From Candidatus Electronema halotolerans (lineage in GTDB: Bacteria; Desulfobacterota; Desulfobulbia; Desulfobulbales; Desulfobulbaceae), in assembly GCA_942493095.1 (NCBI GenBank), contig OW818675.1:420001-452000 (forward strand): a DNA stretch of 32,000 nt, in the 5' to 3' direction. The translations under genes and the position numbers were made by a program. Position 1 is the first letter of the stretch, and every line of letters starts with the position of its first letter. The notes below the pieces were generated by a model. That model made no database searches and had not been told where the DNA came from. It saw only the letters and a program-made list of their open reading frames with translations. Shown piece by piece: positions 10,163 through 18,848 of the stretch.

Positions 10163-10381
10163 ATGACTGTTGCGCAGTTATACAAGCGATATATCCAGCC
10201 GATATCAGCCGCTGATCAACTTGAGCTGATCGCCTTGATCAGCAGACAATTGATCAACCGGCCTGAACGGCAGCAGCGGAGCCTGCTGGAGTTGGAAGGA
10301 CTTGGGGCCGAAATATGGGAAGGTGTTGACCCGCAGCAATATGTTGATGCGCTGCGGAATGAATGGGAAAACCGCCTGTGA
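10163..10381 (+). CDS. Putative antitoxin, 72 aa
   Basis: MTVAQLYKRYIQPISAADQLELIALISRQLI... located directly upstream of a PIN-domain gene. Confidence 0.6.
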   Translation: MTVAQLYKRYIQPISAADQLELIALISRQLINRPERQQRSLLELEGLGAEIWEGVDPQQYVDALRNEWENRL

Positions 10382-10413
10382 CAAGTCCTGAGTCTGCTTT
10401 CACAAAGATAACA

Positions 10414-10824
10414 GTGCTGGGAATTGACACGGCTCCGTTTATTTATTTTGTCGAACGGCATCCAGTTTATCTGCCGGTCATCCGGGATATTTTCAGGCGG
10501 ATTGATCAAGGATTCATGCGGGGCTGCGCTTCGGTGATCACGCTGACTGAAGTGCTTGTTCAGCCCAAGCGTTGCGGAAAAATCGCCTTGGAACGAGAAT
10601 ACCGCGATCTCCTGCTGTGCAGCAGAAATTTTGAACTTATCCCGATAGATGCGGCAATTGCCGAGCAGGCGGCGGAACTGCGGAGCCGCCATAACCTGCG
10701 AACGCCTGACGCGCTTCAGATTGCGGCCAGCCTTTCCGGTGGTTGCGAAGCATTTCTGACCAATGACAAGCAGCTCAAGCGCGTTGAGGACTTGGCAGTG
10801 CTGGTGCTGGATGATTTTGTATAA
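10414..10824 (+). CDS. PIN-domain (VapC-like) toxin, GTG start
   Basis: VLGIDTAPFIYFVERHPVYLPVIRDIF...SVITLTEVLVQP...RTPDALQIAASLSGGCEAFLTNDKQLK: conserved acidic PIN residues. Confidence 0.85.
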   Translation: MLGIDTAPFIYFVERHPVYLPVIRDIFRRIDQGFMRGCASVITLTEVLVQPKRCGKIALEREYRDLLLCSRNFELIPIDAAIAEQAAELRSRHNLRTPDALQIAASLSGGCEAFLTNDKQLKRVEDLAVLVLDDFV

Positions 10825-10950
10825 CAGACATGGACGAATGATGTCGGCTGCTTAAAAAATATATTATTTCGGACAGGTGCGAGTTATTGAATTATCATGC
10901 TGAATCTGCGTCGTTATTCGACAAAACCAACACAATGTAGTACCTTCGGC

Positions 10951-11038
10951 AAAATGAGGTGAAAATGGGTCAAACAAGGGGAGGTTTCCAAAAAACGCTT
11001 GACAACTATCTGGATTTACTGGTACGAAAAAAGGAAGA
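10951..11038 (+). promoter_or_regulatory. CRISPR leader of array 2
   Basis: AT-rich segment with TTGACA at 10999-11004, ending at the first repeat. Paralogous to 8731-8818. Confidence 0.7.
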
Positions 11039-11212
11039 GTCACAATGACACTCCGGGGTGCCCTGGGTTATGACAATATATGATCACCTATCACATTACC
11101 GTGAGAGTCACAATGACACTCCGGGGTGCCCTGGGTTATGACTTGAGGTTTGCTGACAGTGAAACATTCATGTCTTGTCACAATGACACTCCGGGGTGCC
11201 CTGGGTTATGAC
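11039..11212 (+). CRISPR. CRISPR array 2: three repeats, two spacers (32 and 34 nt)
   Basis: Identical 36-nt repeats at 11039, 11107 and 11177. Confidence 0.96.
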
Positions 11213-11214
11213 CG

Positions 11215-11242
11215 GTAGGGGCAAAAAATTTTTTGCCCCTAC
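11215..11242. repeat. 28-bp perfect palindrome GTAGGGGCAAAAAA/TTTTTTGCCCCTAC, 2 bp after the last repeat of array 2
   Basis: Exact reverse-complement arms. Confidence 0.85.
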
Positions 11243-11299
11243 GATTTTTCCGCGAAAAAAATTCTTGCAAAATCTGCATCATGTCGTTATATATCGGAC

Positions 11300-12328
11300 A
11301 TGACTCAGCTCCCCTACAGCATCTCTTCACGCACTCCCATCGTCACTGGTGACAACGACCACCGAAACACTGAACTGCAAGCCGCCGGACTGCTCGGCAG
11401 CCTGCGCTATCAATACTGGCTGCTCAAGGCCATGCAGGCGTGGGAGAAAAATCCGCAGCATCCTGTTTATCCGCCGTATTCCGCTGATCTTTCACCCGCA
11501 GGCAGCAAAAATTTCACAGAGGAACTGCGTAAGGCCGGGCCAGTCGTGCAGCTTTTTGGTGCCACGAACTGGAAAAAGATGTTCCGGCTGGAGATTGCCG
11601 AAGCGGTGCAAAGAGAGCAGCAGTCCTGCTCGGCCCGCGCAAATGACCGCATTGCTCCGTGGCAGTGGACGTTCAAACTCATTTTCCGCCACGACAGAAA
11701 CAGCCCGATTTTTAACAAGCTGGCGGACAAGGAAGGCTTCAGCTTGGCAGATGAGCTGCACAGCCTGATGGCTTTTGTGCATCAGTATGGCTGGCTGGGC
11801 GCGGCCCCGCAGAACGGGCTGGGCTGGGTAAAAGTGCAGAGCGAGGAACTTGGAACGGTCATCCTGCCGCAAGAAAATCCGGTCTTTGCGGCAAAGGATA
11901 TTCTGTTGAATAGAAAAGAATCAAAAAGACTGCAAGATACGCTGCGCGACTATTACCGCGACAAGTACAGCAATTTGGCCGCCCCGCATTGGAAACGGGG
12001 ACGATATCTGCACAGCTTAGAGCATCTGGACAAACAGTCTCCGCCAATCGGCTACGAAATCCGCCGCTGGCTGCGGGATCAGATGTTTCCGCCTGACCGA
12101 TATAAAAACAAGCAGGAGGAATATTTCGGCAACCAGAAACATGCCGGTTTTGTTCATGTCACGCATCCCGTTGTTCAGTCGGACGGCGGCTGGTTGCTCA
12201 GATTACGCTTTGCGGCCCGCCCGGATACGACTGGCGACACAACGCGGCTGTATCCCGATCATCTCGATATTGCGCCGCAGTTCTGGCTTGATTACTGCGA
12301 AAAACTTCTGAAAGCGAAAGATGACTAA
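11300..12328 (+). CDS. Type III RAMP protein, Cmr1-like
   Basis: ISSRTPIVTGDNDHRNTELQAAGLLGSLRYQYW resembles the Cmr1-type N-terminus (TP-x-G...xGSLRxW), with internal GWLGAAPQNGLGWVKV. First gene of the operon. Confidence 0.7.
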   Translation: MTQLPYSISSRTPIVTGDNDHRNTELQAAGLLGSLRYQYWLLKAMQAWEKNPQHPVYPPYSADLSPAGSKNFTEELRKAGPVVQLFGATNWKKMFRLEIAEAVQREQQSCSARANDRIAPWQWTFKLIFRHDRNSPIFNKLADKEGFSLADELHSLMAFVHQYGWLGAAPQNGLGWVKVQSEELGTVILPQENPVFAAKDILLNRKESKRLQDTLRDYYRDKYSNLAAPHWKRGRYLHSLEHLDKQSPPIGYEIRRWLRDQMFPPDRYKNKQEEYFGNQKHAGFVHVTHPVVQSDGGWLLRLRFAARPDTTGDTTRLYPDHLDIAPQFWLDYCEKLLKAKDD

Positions 12329-13076
12329 ATTTCAGGCCGCTGCCCAAGACAAGCACCTTTGGCAGCCCGATTACGCCAGCCTGCCGCACAATCTGCCCAG
12401 CCTCCCTGACCCGGAAATCTCCGGCTGCTCCTTCCGCTTCTTCTGCACCTTCACCCTGCAAACTTGCTTCTTCTCAGGCCGCGACCGAGCGGGCGCAGAA
12501 AAAGAGGCTGGCAACGAGCATGATCACACGTTGAACAACCATCTCTGCCGGGACTGGGTTTCTGGTCATCCATTAGCCAAGGCCGGGGCGTGGAAGCGGC
12601 TTTTCCGTTCCTGCTGGCCGAAAGATAATGCCAAAGATATCGAACGTCTTTTCGGGCCGGAACCAAAACATCCCAACGAAGAGGAAAAACTGAGCAAGGC
12701 TGAGTTGAAATTTCATCACGCCGTTTTTCCTCTGAACAGCACCGGCAAAGCTCTGATTGCGCCGCGAGACCAGAAAACCGGCACGGTCAATCACGGCCCG
12801 ATCACCTATGAAGTGGTGAAGGCAGGCAGCCGCTGCGAGGTAGTGATTGATTATCTGCCGCGCCGCGCTTGCAATCCGGCAGCGGCGGAAAAGGTGCTCT
12901 GGAAGCTGTGGCGGGCCGCCTTGGAAGTTAAAACTCAAGGCGCGGCCATTGGCGGCAAGTCCGGCATTTGGGGGCGTGGCCGGTTTTATCTGACTGAAAT
13001 GTCTGTAATGCGCAGCCCTGACATGCCGCGCAGCAAGTCCAACGAGTCAATCAAAGACCGGAGTGCGGCCCGATGA
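12321..13076 (+). CDS. RAMP-superfamily (Cas7-like) CRISPR-associated protein
   Basis: LNNHLCRDWVSGHPLAKAGAWKRLFR and QGAAIGGKSGIWGRGRFYL motifs; overlaps both neighbouring genes by a few bases. Confidence 0.6.
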   Translation: MTKFQAAAQDKHLWQPDYASLPHNLPSLPDPEISGCSFRFFCTFTLQTCFFSGRDRAGAEKEAGNEHDHTLNNHLCRDWVSGHPLAKAGAWKRLFRSCWPKDNAKDIERLFGPEPKHPNEEEKLSKAELKFHHAVFPLNSTGKALIAPRDQKTGTVNHGPITYEVVKAGSRCEVVIDYLPRRACNPAAAEKVLWKLWRAALEVKTQGAAIGGKSGIWGRGRFYLTEMSVMRSPDMPRSKSNESIKDRSAAR

Positions 13077-13459
13077 GCGAAGCCCAAATCAGCGCGGCCT
13101 TGGAGCAGCACTGCCGCTTCCTCGCTTATGTGCGCGTGAATGCGTTGCTGCATGATGGAGACAAGGTCACGTCAGAGTTTCTGCGCTGGTCGATGGATAA
13201 AAAAAGCGTTCCGAAAGAAGAATATCCCGGACATGAAACATCTTCCCCGGAAGAACGGCTGAATTTTCTGGCAAGCAAGGAAGAGCTGTTCCCACGGCAT
13301 GAGCTGGAGCCAATTGCTGCCCCTGTGCGTCGGGTCGCCTTGGAACCTGACATGCTGCGGAAGGAACAGGCTGCCGACATATTGCAGCAATATATCGGGA
13401 ACGAAAATTTTATCAGCAAGTTGGCATCCTCTCAGCTAAAGAATCTGGAAGATAATTTT
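13073..13459 (+). pseudogene. 5' fragment (129 codons) of an interrupted Cas10-like large-subunit gene
   Basis: HD-domain start LEQHCRFLAYVRVNALLHDGDKVTSEFLRW. The truncated ORF runs 27 nt into the IS element, to a stop at 13486. Confidence 0.75.
13452..13459. repeat. Left copy of the 8-bp target-site duplication ATAATTTT
   Basis: Identical octamer directly flanks the other end of the element at 14642-14649. Confidence 0.85.
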
Positions 13460-14641
13460 GGCGGTCTCCCTCTTGAGAGTTGTTGAATAATTGTTTATCC
13501 TTCTGTGTGTGTCAACTATTTTAAAGAAGGAGGAAAAGATGGCTAAACTTGCAAAAGTCGGCAGTTTTTGTCCGAACCCCGCCTGTTCTGATTATGAGCA
13601 GCTTGACGGTCGAATTATCAGATATGGCCGCACTCGTGCAGGCGTTCAGCGTTTTAAATGCCTGAGTTGCGGAAGAACGTTCACTGCGACGCGAGGGACG
13701 ATATTTTATCGCCGCCGGACGGAGGATGCTGAAATTGTTGAGTGTCTTGCCCTGCTTGCGGAAGGATCACGGATCAGCAGCGTGAGCCGGGTGAAAGGGC
13801 ACAAGGAAGACACAGTCGCCGCTTGGCTGACGGAAGCAGCCGAGCATGTTGAAGCTGTTGAAAATGTTCTTCTTTCCGAATTCCGCATCAGCCGGGGCCA
13901 GCTTGACGGCTTATGGTCTTATGTGAAGAATAAGGGCGAAAAAAAAGGACATGCGGAAACTGAGGCGAGCGGCCAGTTTTTCCGTTCGACGATGATGGAC
14001 ATGGACAGCCGCCTGCGTGCCGGGCGGGGATTCGGCAAATCGGAGACGGAAGCTTCCGCCGCCGTCTTCCGGCAGCTCAAGGAACGCGGGCATTCCGACG
14101 GCCCGCCGCCGACAGTTTCAGACGGCTGGGGCGGCATCCGGGAGGCGATGCTGGAAATTTTTGGAAAAGTTCCTGAATATTCCGGAAAAGGCAGACCTCC
14201 CTCGAAAAAGCGGCCTCAACCCGGATGGAAATATTTGCAAATCATCAAGCAGCGGGATGAGAAGGGGAATTTTCTCGGCACACGGCGCAAGGCGGTGCAT
14301 GGGAGCATGAGAGAACTTGATAAAATCTTTGGAAAAAGCACGGCCTATATTGAACGCAGCCATCTGACCATGCGGACTTTCAGCAGCCGCCTGACGCGGA
14401 AAGGCATCGCCTTCTCAAAGAGCATTGACATGCATAAAGCCGCCGCCGCACTGGAGGATATGTATTACAACTTCATCAAACCGCTGAAAACTTTGAGGCT
14501 GAATGCTGACGAAAACTCCGGGCTGAAATGGCTGCCGCGCACACCGGCAATGGCTGCGGGCTTGACGGACCATATTTGGACGCTGAAAGAGGTCTTCAGC
14601 ATGGTCGTGATTGAAAAACAACACTCAACAGGGTGACGACC
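13460..14641 (+). mobile_element. IS1-like insertion sequence, 1182 bp
   Basis: Terminal inverted repeats GGCGGTCTCCCTCTTGAGAGTTGTT and GGTCGTCACCCTGTTGAGTGTTGTT (20/25 identical); 8-bp target-site duplication; a single transposase ORF. Confidence 0.85.
13539..14636 (+). CDS. Transposase of an IS1-like DDE family (single fused ORF with an N-terminal zinc ribbon)
   Basis: CPNPACSDYEQLDGRIIRYGRTRAGVQRFKCLSCGRTF; acidic motifs GQLDGLWSY and TVSDGWGG; C-terminal YIERSHLTMRTFSSRLTRK. GGAGG ribosome-binding site upstream. Confidence 0.85.
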   Translation: MAKLAKVGSFCPNPACSDYEQLDGRIIRYGRTRAGVQRFKCLSCGRTFTATRGTIFYRRRTEDAEIVECLALLAEGSRISSVSRVKGHKEDTVAAWLTEAAEHVEAVENVLLSEFRISRGQLDGLWSYVKNKGEKKGHAETEASGQFFRSTMMDMDSRLRAGRGFGKSETEASAAVFRQLKERGHSDGPPPTVSDGWGGIREAMLEIFGKVPEYSGKGRPPSKKRPQPGWKYLQIIKQRDEKGNFLGTRRKAVHGSMRELDKIFGKSTAYIERSHLTMRTFSSRLTRKGIAFSKSIDMHKAAAALEDMYYNFIKPLKTLRLNADENSGLKWLPRTPAMAAGLTDHIWTLKEVFSMVVIEKQHSTG

Positions 14642-17295
14642 ATAATTTTCAGCTCGACAAAAAAGGCCAACAGAAACGTAATTTTTTTGATCAGGACTAC
14701 ACGTCGATTTTTACAGAAGGGCTGTTCAGCAAGCTGACTGGTCAGCCTGTCCCAGCAGGTGTGGACTGGCTCTGTGAATTTCATCCCGGCACCTCTTTGT
14801 ATGATTTTTACGCTTGGCATCACCGGCCTACTTTTCACTTAAAAACGAAGAGTCATGTAGCAACATCCCTGCTTTTTTTCTCTGCCGGAACCGGAGGCAT
14901 TGATGGCAACGACACTGGTTATGAAACCGAAATGGAGGCTGGCCGTGAAAAATATTCCGGGCATCACACTCCTGACACTGCGCAGGACAATATTGTTCTG
15001 ATCAGTACGCCGTTTGGTTTCGAGCGGCCTGTTGATCTTGGCTGTGCTGAGACAGCTTGTCATTTGACAGAAGAAATACAAAATGTTGTTGCAGCTCTGC
15101 GGCAAAACAGCCAGCCCATGCAGGCGGCGGCAGAGCTTGAAAGAAAACTTGAGCAGCCTTTTCGCAACACGGTCATCCGCACCAAAAGACCGATCAATGA
15201 CATAACCCTTGCTGATCATTCCATTTCAACTGCTGCCTTGACAGTTGCCCAAGCAGCAAGGGCAGTGCTTGAAAACATCGCGGCCCCGGATGACACCGCT
15301 TACTGTCTGCCAGTCAGAAGACCGTGCAAAGATAGACCCAGCCAGCAAACTTGCTTTGCCGCCTTCAGTTGCGCAGTCAATGCGGACAAGCTCGACCAGA
15401 TGGCTTTGGAACTCAAAGACATCACCGCCATTCGGGACGAGGTGAACAAGCTGCTCAATTATTTTATCCTCTTGTTTTCTGAGGAATATCCGGTTGGCGG
15501 GAAGGTGTATCAAGATCAGCACGGCGCGCATGTCGTGGTGCCGGTGCTGGGTAATCCAGCCAAACGCTGGATTAAAGGCGGCGCAGACAAGCTGATCAGG
15601 CTTGAGGAGCAGACGCAGCAGCCTGAATGGGCGGACGCGCCGCTGGATGCCCTGACCGATGAGCAGTTTGTCGATTGGCTCTTTGCCACGGCAGAAAGAG
15701 AGTTACAGAAATTTCCGGTTTACTTTGGTGCGGAACTGCTGATCGGTCTGCGTTACAATCCGATTATGCAGCAATTGAACAGGCTGGCCCATGCGATTGA
15801 CTGGAGCCGGGAAATTTCTTGGTTCAGCAGGGCTGCCGGTCGTGCTCTGCGCAAAGGAGAAGGCGGGGGCTGCATTCGATTTTTCAACTATTTGGAAAGA
15901 GAAGTCACGCTCGACAAAAAAGATCAAGCAGAACCTGTTCCAGATTTGTGCGGAGTCTGCGGTCTGCGCATGGGCACTGACCGCAAGCACCGGAAATGCG
16001 ACATCTGCTTCAAACGGACTGATGATCATCGGGTGCTGCTGGAAGAAACCGGCGATATTGAAAAACTGGAACAGGCTTCCGGCGACAACCGGATGGTGCT
16101 GTTAAGCGTTTCTTTCAACCTTGCCGACTGGTTGGCAGAGAAATCCAATTCCGGGATTTTCTGTCACACGGCAAACAAGGCGAATAAGCTGAAGGAGCAG
16201 AAAACTGTCGAGCATCAACGCTTCAACAGCTTTGGCCGTTTCCGGCGTATTTGGCGGAGCACCGAGATTTTTCTGAATGAATTATGCGGCCAGATTCAGG
16301 AAATCAGCGGGCCGGGCGACGAAGACCGTTTCCTGATGCGCACTATCCTGCTTGCCCCGCAGGATTTGCAGATCATCCTGCCTGCGGCCAAAGCCCGCCA
16401 AGCTCTGGATGCGGTGTACGAAAAATTCAGCACGGAATTCGGCAGAGTCAGCGACCGGATGCCCTTTCATGTCTCCCTGTGCATCTTCCCGTTTCGAGTG
16501 CCGATCTACTTGGTGCTGGAAGCGGCCAGACGGCTGCGGCAGAGCTGCCTGAAAATTAAGCCAAAGCAGGTCTGGTTGCACAGAGCTGATCCAGAAGATG
16601 AGCATAGCAATCTGCTGCGCACGGACAGCCGCGCAGACTGCGACGACCGGGAGCGCAGCTTCACCTATTGCCTGCCCATGATCTGGACGCAGAACTATCA
16701 GCCGCCCAACATGCTGAACGGCAAGGATCAGTTTCACGCCAATATCCAAGTGAAGCAGGAAGAAGACGGTAACACGTCCTGGCAGTGGAAATTTGTCGGC
16801 GAGATAGGGCAGGGCGAAAAAAAAGGTGCAAAAGAGACCGTCCTGATGACCGACAACCGCTTGGCCATTGTCGAAATCAGCTCTGGTTTCAGCTTGGATG
16901 AACTGGCCCGGCCTTCGGAAGAGCTGGAGCCGAGCCGCTGCCACGACATCCCGCTCGGCTATTGGCCCTGCATCAAGGAGCTGATCAAGCTGGAATCGCG
17001 CCTGTCTGAAAAGCAGCAGCGCGGGCTGCGTTCCGTCTTGGCCATGCGGGAAAAACTCTGGCAGGAAAGCGACCTGCCCGGCGCAACAGCGGAGGAAAAG
17101 CAGAACTTTCTCCGGCAGAGCATCCGCCTGCTCTGGCAGGAACCTTCCCGCTTCGGGCCGACAAAATGGGGGAATTTGCATGATCACCAAAGAAATCTGC
17201 TGGAGGAAAGCTGTCTGAACGGGGCTGTCTTTCTCGCCTCAGCAGTGAAAAAACATTTGCAGCACAACGACGACAAGGAGCAGGATCATGGCTGA
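14611..17295 (+). pseudogene. 3' fragment of the Cas10-like (Cmr2/Csx11-type) large subunit; native sequence resumes at 14642 and, after the reconstructed junction, at codon 14650
   Basis: RPINDITLADHSISTAAL conserved HD-region motif, zinc ribbon LCGVCGLRMGTDRKHRKCDICFKR, and palm-like region LLAPQDLQIILPAAKARQALDAVYEKFSTEFG. It has a possible TTG start at 14611 inside the IS right end, so it may still be translated. Confidence 0.75.
14642..14649. repeat. Right copy of the 8-bp target-site duplication ATAATTTT
   Basis: See 13452-13459. Confidence 0.85.
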
Positions 17296-18295
17296 AGACC
17301 GGCGGATGCTCAAACTGTTCACCCTTGATCCGCTCCACATCGGCGTGGGCCAAGACATCATGGGCGAGGTTGACCTGCCTGTTGACCGGGAGAGTGAAAC
17401 CGGGGTGCCGCGCATTCCCGGCACGGCCCTGAAAGGCGGCTTCCGCGCTCATGCGGCATGGAAGCTGAAAATGGACGGCAAAAAGGACAAACCCTGTCCC
17501 GGTGATCAGCCGGAAGACGGCAAAACTGCGGCAGAGCGAACCCGTTCTGATTACTGCCCAATTGAATCTTGCCCGATCTGCCAGACCTTCGGTTTTCCAT
17601 CGCTGAACATTCAGGAAAAGCAGATTGCCGGACACGAGGGCCGGGTCTATTTCCGTGATGCCCGGCTGGCCTTTTTTCCAGCTCTGACCGACAAGGGCAC
17701 GCTCTGGTTTTCCACGCCGGGCCGGGCCGCAGCGTGGCTGGAGCTGAAAGGCTATGAACATCCTGAATTGCTTATGGCGGACGGCGACTTGGCCCTGTCA
17801 GTCAATCAGAAAGAGCCAATTCAGGATTTGCGGGTCGGCTGGATTGCTGTTTCCGGGATTGAGCAAAACAGCACGGAAGCGCAGGTGCAGCAGGTTGTTG
17901 AGGCTCTGCGGAACTCCACGCTGCAATTCCCGACTAAGAAATACTGGCAGCATATTGTCAGCAAAACCGTGCTGCTGGATGAAAAGCATTTTTACCGCTT
18001 GGTGGAAACCTGCTTGGAGCGGCGCACCTGCAACCGGGTGGATCAGGACACCGGCACTGTGGCGCAGGGCGCACTGTTCAGCTACGAAGCTCTGCCCCGC
18101 GCCAGTCTGCTGTGCAGCCGGATTTTTGCCGAGACATCGTTGCCCGGCACGATTGAGGGCGGCTATGATTCGCCGCTGGCGGTCTGCAAGCTGGCCAAGG
18201 AAGGCTTTGCCCGCATGGGCATTGGCGGGATGCAGACCAGAGGCTTAGGTTCGCTGCTGATTGAGCTGTCAAGCAGGGAGGTCGGCAATGGCTGA
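17288..18295 (+). CDS. Type III RAMP protein, Cmr4-like
   Basis: LFTLDPLHIGVGQDIMGEVDLPVDRESETGVPRIPGTALKGGFRAH; Cys cluster; C-terminal GFARMGIGGMQTRGLGSL. Confidence 0.85.
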   Translation: MAEDRRMLKLFTLDPLHIGVGQDIMGEVDLPVDRESETGVPRIPGTALKGGFRAHAAWKLKMDGKKDKPCPGDQPEDGKTAAERTRSDYCPIESCPICQTFGFPSLNIQEKQIAGHEGRVYFRDARLAFFPALTDKGTLWFSTPGRAAAWLELKGYEHPELLMADGDLALSVNQKEPIQDLRVGWIAVSGIEQNSTEAQVQQVVEALRNSTLQFPTKKYWQHIVSKTVLLDEKHFYRLVETCLERRTCNRVDQDTGTVAQGALFSYEALPRASLLCSRIFAETSLPGTIEGGYDSPLAVCKLAKEGFARMGIGGMQTRGLGSLLIELSSREVGNG

Positions 18296-18848
18296 ATTTG
18301 CGTATCAGGAACCGGCCCGGATGAAGTTGGGGCGGGAAATATATGACCGCTATTGCAGAGAAAACAAGCAGGGCAATGCCGTCTCTCTGCTCAGTGATGC
18401 CATGACCGTGCTGCGTCAGCTTGGCCCGGCAGGGCTGGATGTCTGGATTGACCTTGATGCAGCCAAACGCGGCTTTCTCCGTCATGCGTGGCAGGAGAAC
18501 GCGCCTGATGAAATGGCCGCCTCGCTCAAAGCGCGGCAAGAGGATGCGGACACGGCTTGGGCGGAGATTGAAGACCTGATGCAGGTGCTGCGCTGCGCCA
18601 AGTATTTACTCAGTGATGCCATGACTGTGCTGCGTCAGCTTGGCCCGGCAGGACTGGATGTCTGGATTGACCTGAAAGGAAAAGACGGTGAACGACAGTT
18701 CATCCGCAACGGGTTGGATGCGAAACTGTCCGACTCGCTCAAGTCACGGCAGCAGGACATGGACACAGCTTGGGCGAAGATTGAAAACCTGATGCAGGTG
18801 CTGCGCTGCGCCAAATATTACGCCAAGACCCAGGAAAAAGATGAGTGA
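18288..18848 (+). CDS. Small-subunit-like (Cmr5-like by position) protein with an internal tandem duplication
   Basis: Small helical protein following the Cmr4-like gene; two ~73-aa units each beginning LLSDAMTVLRQLGPAGLDVWIDL. Confidence 0.55.
   Translation: MAEFAYQEPARMKLGREIYDRYCRENKQGNAVSLLSDAMTVLRQLGPAGLDVWIDLDAAKRGFLRHAWQENAPDEMAASLKARQEDADTAWAEIEDLMQVLRCAKYLLSDAMTVLRQLGPAGLDVWIDLKGKDGERQFIRNGLDAKLSDSLKSRQQDMDTAWAKIENLMQVLRCAKYYAKTQEKDE
18390..18827 (+). repeat. In-frame tandem duplication, period 219 bp (units 18390-18608 and 18609-18827)
   Basis: CTCAGTGATGCCATGAC[C/T]GTGCTGCGTCAGCTTGGCCCGGCAGG[G/A]CTGGATGTCTGGATTGACCT occurs at both 18390 and 18609. Confidence 0.9.

Noticed and set aside
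11215-11242. Palindrome after array 2 as a simple rho-independent terminator
   Set aside because: It could terminate transcription, but the same 28-bp design recurs in unrelated contexts and lacks a consistent trailing U-run, so it is treated as a repeat family.
13460-14641. Transposase as a CRISPR-associated or guide-using transposon protein
   Set aside because: The terminal repeats and 8-bp duplication lie inside an otherwise continuous cas10-like frame, so this is ordinary insertion, not a functional association.
16282-17190. 302-aa minus-strand ORF opposite the Cas10-like gene
   Set aside because: Shadow ORF. The sense strand carries zinc-ribbon and palm-like motifs and fits the overlapping operon.
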